Below are positions 1 to 6,377 of a stretch of 19,613 bases of DNA, piece by piece. The notes beneath the pieces are model-generated. The model was not told where the DNA came from. It made no database searches and saw only the letters and a list, made by a program, of their open reading frames with translations. Where the stretch lies: the NCBI GenBank assembly GCA_025935105.1, contig JAICVW010000012.1, positions 1-19,613 of the forward strand. Direction: 5' to 3'. The position numbers and the translations under genes were made by a program. The stretch comes from Nitrososphaeraceae archaeon (lineage in GTDB: Archaea; Thermoproteota; Nitrososphaeria; Nitrososphaerales; Nitrososphaeraceae). Every line of letters begins with the position of its first letter. Within the stretch, counting starts at the first letter, position 1.

Positions 1-5
1 AAATA

Positions 6-287
6 ATGACATTAGGAGCGGATGCTCAGGCTTTACAAAGCGTGAGACATAAACTGATAGCAAAGGATATAACTCTGCAGAATATAAAGCAGAGGCAAAC
101 CACAATTTCCTTCGTTAATCAGTTAGATATAGCTGAAGGGCTAAAGGAACTAATAATTAATCACGGATATACTTTAGATCTGCTCTTAGCTTCTAACCCA
201 AGTGATCTAGCTGAAGCTTTGGGCATTGATAACGACGTGGCCAAAATGATAATCGATGCTACACGAAGATGTCTCAAGTCACCTTAG
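6..287 (+). CDS. Small helix-hairpin-helix domain protein (Rad51/RadA N-terminal-like HhH). The frame is open to the left window edge, so the true start may lie upstream.
   Basis: The 93-aa ORF ends in TAG. Its C-terminal half (GLKELIINHGYTLDLLLASNPSDLAEALGIDNDVAKMIIDATRR) follows the pattern of the RadA/Rad51 N-terminal HhH domain (aGY.t.e.la.a.p.eLae..gi....a.kii.aar). Only 5 nt lie upstream of the ATG and they contain no in-frame stop. Confidence 0.5.
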   Translation: MTLGADAQALQSVRHKLIAKDITLQNIKQRQTTISFVNQLDIAEGLKELIINHGYTLDLLLASNPSDLAEALGIDNDVAKMIIDATRRCLKSP

Positions 288-326
288 TAGGTCTATTGTC
301 TCTTTTGAGCGGCGTATCCCATGGGT

Positions 327-593
327 TTAACCTGTACGATTGGTATTTTCGTCTGTCTTTATTCCTGAAGACGTAGTATTTCTGCTCAAATCACTAAAGG
401 CATTAGTGTCCAGCATTTGCTTGTGCATATGATGTTGATCCGTTTGCTGCTGATCGCTTGAGTGTTCGTTCATTCCTATATGAGATCTCGTATGTGAGCT
501 TGTCTGACCATGCGCAGATAGGAAGTATGCTGGATCAAAAGAGACAACTAGTATTACCAAAAGTGACAATGTGAAAACAACTTGATGTTTCAT
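327..593 (-). CDS. Hypothetical small secreted or membrane-anchored His/Met/Gln-rich protein, possibly metal-binding
   Basis: This is an internal ATG (minus strand, 593-591) of the 327..884 track ORF. The 89-aa product starts MKHQVVFTLSLLVILVVSFDPAYFLSAHG, which is signal-peptide-like. A His/Met-rich stretch follows (HGQTSSHTRSHIGMNEHSSDQQQTDQHHMHKQM). The longer track version would overlap the start of the YVTN gene. No homology is recognised. Confidence 0.3.
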   Translation of the reverse strand: MKHQVVFTLSLLVILVVSFDPAYFLSAHGQTSSHTRSHIGMNEHSSDQQQTDQHHMHKQMLDTNAFSDLSRNTTSSGIKTDENTNRTG

Positions 594-785
594 AAGGTTG
601 TTGTGTTCGGGAATACAGTTGGGACTATTCATGTCGAAGTTCCTATAAACAGAGGGTAAGTGTTGTGTTATAAAGGTTACCGTGTTAAGGTTTAACAACA
701 ACCATAATGAGAATGTCAATATAAATCCTTGGGTGATCTTTTTTATAGAACACATAGTTCTATGAGGTACTGGCGTTCGCTCGAT

Positions 786-2588
786 ATGTCTCACAAAAAT
801 TGGCAATTTATGATAATCATAACCATCTTTGTACTGATTATCATCGTTGCATGTTGGTCTTCTTTTGTTAATTATGCATTTCACAGCATATATCTAAACT
901 ATGACAACATGCAGCGAAATCCTCAAACAATAGTACTAAAGCACAGATCACTGTTTCCACAGGGGCAATCTAATTTTGAAGTTACTACGACCGGACAGAA
1001 TTCATGGATGCCAGGTATTCATTATGCTAATGCAATACCGTATTCCAACAACACTTTCTCTGGATTGGTCAATTTAGGACAAGCAAGCTCTAATCAATCC
1101 GCACTCACGGTTGGTACATATCCTGTGGGAATAGCTGTAAATCCTGTCAACAACAAGATTTATGTGACTAATGAATTTTCCAATAGCGTATCAGTAATAA
1201 GTGGTAGTCTTAATAGCGTAACTAATACTATTCCGGTAGGTAATTTTCCATACGCTGTTGCGGTAAACCCATTCAATAGTAGAGTGTATGTTACGAATAG
1301 AGGTTCTGACAGTGTCTCAGTTATTGATGGCTCGACAAATACAAAACTAGATAACGTGACGGTTCAAGGATCACCGGTAGGTATAGCTGTTGATCCCTCA
1401 GCAGATTGGATATATGTAACGAACTTCAATTCAGATACAGTTTCAGTTATTGACGGAATAACCAACAAGATAAAAGCTAATATCAACACAGGCGAAGTCC
1501 CCTATGGTGTCGCTATAAATCCTATCACAAAGAAGGTGTACATAACTAATATGCGCTCCAACACGGTGTCTATTATTGATGAAATTACAAACAAGATAAT
1601 AACTAATTTAACTGTCGGCGAGAATCCGGTAGGAATAGCAGTTAATCCTACTACGAATAAGATTTATGTCACAAATTATTCCTCCAATAGTGTCTCAATA
1701 GTTGATGGTTCTAGAAACAATGTTATTGATACAATCCCTGTCGGCGAGAATCCGGTAGGAATAGCAGTCAGCCCTACAATGAACAAAATCTATGCAACCA
1801 ATCTTCAATCACATACAATATCTGTAATCAACTCATCTACGAACAAAGTTACATCCACAATTGCTGTGAATCCTAGTCTTAGTGGATCATATAGAGTTCA
1901 TGATCCAGTTCTAAGCATGCCCCTGGTGGCAAGATTTCCGCTCATTGCAAGTCTAGCCGCGGTTAACGATGTTTCTAACATGATTTATGTTACTAACACG
2001 GGCTCAGATACAGTATCGATTGTTGATGGCAAGGTCGATGGAATAGTTGAAAGATTAAATTTCAATATTAATCCTCCTAATTCAGGAGACATTCAATGCA
2101 ACGGGCAGCAAATTATGCAGAGCACGTTCGCTTTTTACAGGAACGGTACGCATCTGCAATGTCATGCAGACGCGGCACAAGGCTATGAGTTCAGTTCATG
2201 GTCTAATATGGCTTTTGGCTCAAGTAACCCTCTCGATCTGCGAGTTTCACAGTATGGTGGGACGTTAACTGCTAATTATAAACCAACTCTTACGTTTGAA
2301 CAATATTTGGCAGTTATCCTTGGTCCTATTTCCGTTGTATCAATAATTGTTGGTTGGTTTTTCAGAAATAGACAAAGGAGACACCTCAATAAATACATGG
2401 CAATCATAGAGACAGCATATGAAGCACTCTCTGACAATAACAATACCAAAGATTGTTTATTGCATTTGCAGCTGGTAAGGAAGGAAATTACATATCTTTT
2501 TGGGAAGGGAAAAATTACTGATGGGTACTATAATATCCTCGACAGAAAAATTTCTGAATATATAGAAAGAGTCACTGATAAAAAGTAA
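786..2588 (+). CDS. Membrane-anchored YVTN-family seven-bladed beta-propeller repeat protein with an InlB-B-repeat-like domain, a C-terminal TM helix and a cytoplasmic helical tail
   Basis: There are seven roughly 42-aa repeats of the form P.GIAVNP..NKIYVTN..S..VSVID..TN, which is the YVTN propeller signature. The segment DIQCNG...YRNGTHLQCHADAAQGYEFSSWSN...LTANYKP resembles divergent InlB B-repeat domains. It is followed by the hydrophobic helix YLAVILGPISVVSIIVGWFF and then RNRQRRH plus about 75 aa. The N-terminus MSHKNWQFMIIITIFVLIIIVACW is a signal anchor. The track start at 729 is TTG. I prefer ATG 786, with ATG 762 as an alternative, because a TTTTTTATA box sits at about 740-749. Confidence 0.85.
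   Translation: MSHKNWQFMIIITIFVLIIIVACWSSFVNYAFHSIYLNYDNMQRNPQTIVLKHRSLFPQGQSNFEVTTTGQNSWMPGIHYANAIPYSNNTFSGLVNLGQASSNQSALTVGTYPVGIAVNPVNNKIYVTNEFSNSVSVISGSLNSVTNTIPVGNFPYAVAVNPFNSRVYVTNRGSDSVSVIDGSTNTKLDNVTVQGSPVGIAVDPSADWIYVTNFNSDTVSVIDGITNKIKANINTGEVPYGVAINPITKKVYITNMRSNTVSIIDEITNKIITNLTVGENPVGIAVNPTTNKIYVTNYSSNSVSIVDGSRNNVIDTIPVGENPVGIAVSPTMNKIYATNLQSHTISVINSSTNKVTSTIAVNPSLSGSYRVHDPVLSMPLVARFPLIASLAAVNDVSNMIYVTNTGSDTVSIVDGKVDGIVERLNFNINPPNSGDIQCNGQQIMQSTFAFYRNGTHLQCHADAAQGYEFSSWSNMAFGSSNPLDLRVSQYGGTLTANYKPTLTFEQYLAVILGPISVVSIIVGWFFRNRQRRHLNKYMAIIETAYEALSDNNNTKDCLLHLQLVRKEITYLFGKGKITDGYYNILDRKISEYIERVTDKK
1612..1768 (+). repeat. Perfect 31-bp direct repeat (ctgtcggcgagaatccggtaggaatagcagt) at 1612-1642 and 1738-1768, offset 126 bp, which is one propeller blade
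   Basis: Read directly from the sequence. Both copies encode (T)VGENPVGIAV at the start of blades 5 and 6. The offset is exactly 42 codons. Confidence 0.95.
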
Positions 2589-2991
2589 CCTGATCTGGCC
2601 TGAATTGAGATTTCTATCTTGATAAAAATATTTACAAGCAGTTAAAAAAGTGCAAATATCACAATAGCCTTCTGTATTTGGAGACAAGACAAAACTAGTA
2701 TACACCAATATGTTGTTATTCATGATGTAGTCTACAAAAATGTGTGGCTCAAATATCTGAACCATAGGGAGTCGTAAACTTTTTCAACTCTCGTACCATA
2801 TACTCTTTCATTTCAATAAGATACCTTTTATTTTTCTTTTCTGCCACAAGATAGTCTGATCCAGAACCTACAATATTACAGCCGACAAAATCGCTTAACC
2901 GCACAACAGCGAGAGAAATTGTACTTCATATATACTAAAGCTAAAAAATAGAAAAGCCAATTATCTAAATCAGCGGGCCAAGCCGCAACCA

Positions 2992-3498
2992 TTAAGTATT
3001 CATTGTTATTGAAGTGTCGGAGGCCACAATGTGGAAATGCATATTCTCCTGATCGACCTTTACAGCTTTTGGGGGACAAACTGTGACACATGCCATACAC
3101 CATATACATTCATGTTCCCTAATCGGGTCTGATTTGTCTGTTGCATCCAGTCTCTCCTCTTTGACGTTACTTCCCGTGCCGCCACTTGTAGCGTTGACCA
3201 TTCCTATTGCAGGTACATCATTTTCCGTCCGATACCATTGAAATACGTTAACTGGACATGCCTGTAAACAGGACCCATCAGCTATACATGAATCCCAATC
3301 GACTGCAACCATAGTACCGTGAACACCTACTGGAACTAGATCCTCTCGTCGTGTGTAATAAGCCTCTCTCACGTCAGCATCTTCCGACGCATCAGAAAAA
3401 CTGCCAGGACCCCAGACAAAGTGATAATGTTGGCCATCTGCGTGATTGTGGACGCCGATTACATTGTGGTTCGTCGGAAATTTTGGGTCTATAGGCAT
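2992..3498 (-). CDS. zfx: Zinc-containing 7Fe (3Fe-4S + 4Fe-4S) dicluster ferredoxin, Sulfolobus Zfx type, with insertions
   Basis: The first cluster motif CIADGSCLQACPVNVFQWY is CxxDxxC...CP, with Asp in place of the second Cys. The second motif is CIWCMACVTVCP. The His-rich N-terminal extension (IDPKFPTNHNVIGVHNH..., VGVHGTMVAVDWD) and DPIREHEC line up with the Zn ligands (3 His + Asp) of the Sulfolobus zinc ferredoxin as I recall that sequence. An ATG start and a TTATATAT box lie about 36 nt upstream on the minus strand. Confidence 0.9.
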   Translation of the reverse strand: MPIDPKFPTNHNVIGVHNHADGQHYHFVWGPGSFSDASEDADVREAYYTRREDLVPVGVHGTMVAVDWDSCIADGSCLQACPVNVFQWYRTENDVPAIGMVNATSGGTGSNVKEERLDATDKSDPIREHECIWCMACVTVCPPKAVKVDQENMHFHIVASDTSITMNT

Positions 3499-3724
3499 AT
3501 GTAGACTTGGAGTTCAATATTATTAAATATATAATCGAGTAGCGGCAGCAAATGCACATAATAGCATAATTTGCAAATTCCATGTGAAAAAGTGAGTGAC
3601 AAGAGTGCGTATTTTGTTACTAGGTCCGAACTTGAACGCTCATGCAGGTGTAAATTTCCTCAATTAAGTGGTAAAAATCCTAAAATATTCTATCGCAACA
3701 ATACTTGGGATAGAAACGTCACGA

Positions 3725-3853
3725 CATATGACATTGTCAAGGTCAGAAGATCCTTACCAAAGAAATTAGTTGATTGGAAGCCAAACAAGCCAAGAGAGCC
3801 CTTAGTCATATGACATTGTCAAGGTCAGAAGATCCTTACCAAAGAAATTAGTT
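3725..3853. repeat. Perfect 47-bp direct repeat (catatgacattgtcaaggtcagaagatccttaccaaagaaattagtt) at 3725-3771 and 3807-3853, separated by 35 bp
   Basis: Read directly from the sequence. The period is 82 bp and the two copies have no mismatches. It lies in the intergenic space upstream of the ferredoxin gene. Confidence 0.95.
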
Positions 3854-3978
3854 CAGTTCACAAATGTGTCGGAGGTCCTGAGGAGCCCTAGAATTTGGAC
3901 GTATTCAGCCGCATTAATGCTCTCTTACGATACTATTCATAATACTAGAATCAACACTATCAATAAACCAAAGCTAAA

Positions 3979-4206
3979 TCATTTCAATTTCTTTTCTTTC
4001 CTTCGTTTATAATACGAGATCAATGATGCTGGGTTATGTGCGTATTCTTCAATTATTATTCTTAATGTGCACAGGGCAAGTGCCTCTACGCTTGGTTCTT
4101 CTAGACAATCCTGTTCATAAAGCGCTTTTGCCACCACTGCCGCAGAATTATATTCTGTCAGCTCTACAATAGAACGCATCTGACCAGAGACTTTGTTCTC
4201 CTTCAT
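3979..4206 (-). CDS. Hypothetical small helical protein (75 aa) with a Lys/Arg-rich C-terminus
   Basis: The ORF has an ATG start, no overlap with other ORFs, and an A/T-rich GAATATAT box about 37 nt upstream on the minus strand. The composition is protein-like (MKENKVSGQMRSIVELTEYNSAAVVAKALYEQD...YYKRRKEKKLK). No family is recognised. Confidence 0.35.
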   Translation of the reverse strand: MKENKVSGQMRSIVELTEYNSAAVVAKALYEQDCLEEPSVEALALCTLRIIIEEYAHNPASLISYYKRRKEKKLK

Positions 4207-4452
4207 GTTTCACAATTATTTGTGCTATTTGAGCGATATATTCATTGACAATAGATCTTGCATTTTGGATAGCCTTAAACATAGTGTGTTATTTCTCTGG
4301 ATTGTGAAGTCGCGTTATCTAATTGGGTTTTTCTTACCAGACTAACCGATCTTTATTATCAAGACATATCTTCATATAACTTTCATGTAACCGCTGACAA
4401 GTTGAGAAACGGAATCGTTAAACAATTGTGTACTTTCTTATAAATAATACAT

Positions 4453-4478
4453 TATTTACATTAAATATCATGTAAATA
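4453..4478. promoter_or_regulatory. 9-bp perfect inverted repeat (tatttacat-N8-atgtaaata) in the divergent intergenic region; candidate operator
   Basis: Read directly from the sequence: 4453-4461 is the reverse complement of 4470-4478. It is flanked by TATA-like boxes (tataaataat at about 4439 and aaatatatag at about 4474). An AT-rich context raises the odds of a chance match. Confidence 0.25.
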
Positions 4479-4699
4479 TATAGACTGGCATAAACGCACA
4501 ACATTTTTTACGTTTATTAATCACCTGTTCTCAATTAGGATTGTGATGTGGGCTGACTTCGAAACCCCCTGAGACCAATGGGCAGGATCAGTTACGAGAG
4601 CATCACATAACACTTAGCCAAAGTATAGAAAATTCTGATCACTCAAACCCATTAATAGAGCCTTCGCCGTGGTGGCTCGAAATTGGTAGACGCGTCCGT

Positions 4700-6067
4700 T
4701 TGGTTCCCTGGTGGCTTCGTTATAATCTTGGAATTGCGGAAGAGGCAGACCTCCGAAATAGAATTGTACAGCTTTCTTCGAGCATGGGGTTAGACCGCAA
4801 GATAGTCAACAAAATTGTCAGACATGCTGTATCTGAGTTTTCAAAACACGGGCTTGGAGCAGACTATTATGGCTATCATAATATTGACCATGAACTTGAG
4901 GTGACGTTCTTTACCCTGTTGGCAGCTAAAGGCCAGGATAACCAAGGACGAGGCTTTAGTCAAAAGGATCTTGTAACTTTATTCATATCTGCTCTTTTCC
5001 ACGACTATGATCCTCTGAAGCGATTTGATAAGCCAAATGAAGATTCTATTGAAAAGTTCATAAGAAATGATCATAGAATAGTCAAGTTCATACGAGATCT
5101 TGGAATAAGCGTAGATATTGTAATCGCTCTGATATATCGAACTGCATATCCATTTAAAGGTAAAATAGCACAAAACTCTTCAAAGAGAATGCAAGAGCTC
5201 TTTTTGGCTGCAGGTATTCCAGAGAACGACAGTTTGACTCGAAAACATTATGAAGATCTGGGATGGTTCCTCTCAATCTCAGACCGAATCGCAGGATATA
5301 GTCTTGGGAGTTTTGAACACTCTAAGGAAATGGCACGACGCAATGCACACTCTTTGGGATGGCATCCTTCAGTTATAAACACTGAATCTGTCAAGTACTT
5401 TACCGCATTAAAAGAAGAAAAGGAAATGTTTCAGCGAGTGTTTGAAGGTATTCCTGAGGAATACAGGCAGAATTTTTCAGACAATGTAATGAATTTTAGA
5501 CAGGCGTGGTCAAAAGAAACTGAAATTAGGAGATCAATTCGAGAGAAGCAAGTAAATCTGATAACTGTAGTTGAAGGGACAAATCTGATCGATACTCGCA
5601 TGATGGAATCGATTCAAGATATATATGAAGAGTCACATGCACCTATGCGAACCAGCCCAAAAAAATTCCGTAAATCACTAACCGATGCCGACACCATTCT
5701 AGTGACCCTAAGGATAGATACAAAGAGTGGTGAAGTCGTAGGCTATGCGAAGGGTGGGTATCTGGAAAATTATACACTTCGTCATGGCACTCATGATGAG
5801 AACTTTGGCCAAAGAAATACTGCATATATTGAATCTATATGTGTCAAGCCGGACTATTGGGGTGAGACTGGAGGCGGACGGCTCAGGATGGCCTTTCACG
5901 CCGAAGCAAAGCGTCGCGGGTGCAAATTTGTAACAGGCTATGTTCACAGAGAGGTTGCTATAAGAAGGATAAACGGAGGGGAGAACGTCGAGATAATACA
6001 AAAATATAATCCTGACAAATTAGATTACTATAGAGCGCATTTGGACAACCTGATATTATCTGTTTAG
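4700..6067 (+). CDS. Fusion protein with an N-terminal HD-domain metal-dependent phosphohydrolase and a C-terminal GNAT-family N-acetyltransferase
   Basis: The HD signature is present: YHNIDHELEV (H), ISALFHDYD (HD) and FLSISDRIAG (D). The C-terminal ~120 aa carries a GNAT core (NTAYIESICVKPDYWGETGGGRLRMAFHAEAKRRGCKFVTGYV). The track start is TTG at 4700, and the first in-frame ATG is at 4784 (MGLDRKIV). Confidence 0.8.
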   Translation: MVPWWLRYNLGIAEEADLRNRIVQLSSSMGLDRKIVNKIVRHAVSEFSKHGLGADYYGYHNIDHELEVTFFTLLAAKGQDNQGRGFSQKDLVTLFISALFHDYDPLKRFDKPNEDSIEKFIRNDHRIVKFIRDLGISVDIVIALIYRTAYPFKGKIAQNSSKRMQELFLAAGIPENDSLTRKHYEDLGWFLSISDRIAGYSLGSFEHSKEMARRNAHSLGWHPSVINTESVKYFTALKEEKEMFQRVFEGIPEEYRQNFSDNVMNFRQAWSKETEIRRSIREKQVNLITVVEGTNLIDTRMMESIQDIYEESHAPMRTSPKKFRKSLTDADTILVTLRIDTKSGEVVGYAKGGYLENYTLRHGTHDENFGQRNTAYIESICVKPDYWGETGGGRLRMAFHAEAKRRGCKFVTGYVHREVAIRRINGGENVEIIQKYNPDKLDYYRAHLDNLILSV

Positions 6068-6224
6068 GAACTTGCTAGCAGGTGTCCTAAAATTCTCGAT
6101 ATGAATTTGATATGTCCGGTTATTCATTATTGTAATGTGACTAGTTTTTAGTTATAGATACTTAGGCGCCATTACCTTTAAAGTAAAGCTGTACCACATT
6201 TCAGCTTAGTTCAGTTGCTATCCT

Positions 6225-6258
6225 TTATTTTACTCTACTTTATTTTATTTTATTTTTA
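6225..6258 (+). terminator. T-rich tract with (TTTTA)n periodicity; candidate archaeal oligo-T terminator downstream of the HD-GNAT gene
   Basis: The tract reads ttattttactctactttattttattttatttttaa. An earlier T5 run lies at 6145-6149. Archaeal termination commonly uses oligo-T runs. Position is the only support. Confidence 0.25.
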
Positions 6259-6377
6259 ATACGGATCAGTCCGAAATTTGCCTCGTTCTCAGCTCGTGCT
6301 ACAATGTCCCACACATCATACTAACCATAGATCATTTTACCGTTACATTTATCTAATACTAACAAACTGCTAAATTG

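Noticed and set aside
327-884. Full-length 185-aa minus-strand track ORF
   Set aside because: Its first ~95 aa overlap the promoter and start of the well-supported YVTN gene and have no protein-like features. Only the distal part, from ATG 593, is kept as a low-confidence candidate.
2457-2765. 102-aa minus-strand ORF overlapping the 3' end of the YVTN gene
   Set aside because: It runs antisense to a well-supported CDS for half its length, has an odd composition (Phe/Ile/Asn-rich from AT-rich DNA), and shows no motif.
2749-2904. Unlisted 51-codon minus-strand ORF (GTG start) 87 nt downstream of the ferredoxin gene, ...DFVGCNIVGSGSDYLVAEKKNKRYLIEMKEYMVRELKKFTTPYGSDI
   Set aside because: The sequence looks protein-like, but it is short, starts with a non-ATG codon and matches no family I recognise. 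I cannot support it without a homology search. A tBLASTn check for conservation would settle it.
2876-3583. Minus-strand ORFs 2876..3109 and 3392..3583
   Set aside because: Both overlap the ferredoxin CDS in other frames and are shadow ORFs.
3571-3813. 80-aa plus-strand ORF
   Set aside because: It lies in the ferredoxin upstream region. Its C-terminus is built from the first copy of the 47-bp direct repeat, its composition is not convincing, and there is no promoter context.
4979-6001. Four short ORFs (4979..5173 -, 5643..5825 -, 5708..6001 -, 5745..5933 +) inside the HD-GNAT gene
   Set aside because: They are embedded in, or antisense to, a CDS with clear domain signatures, and so are shadow ORFs.
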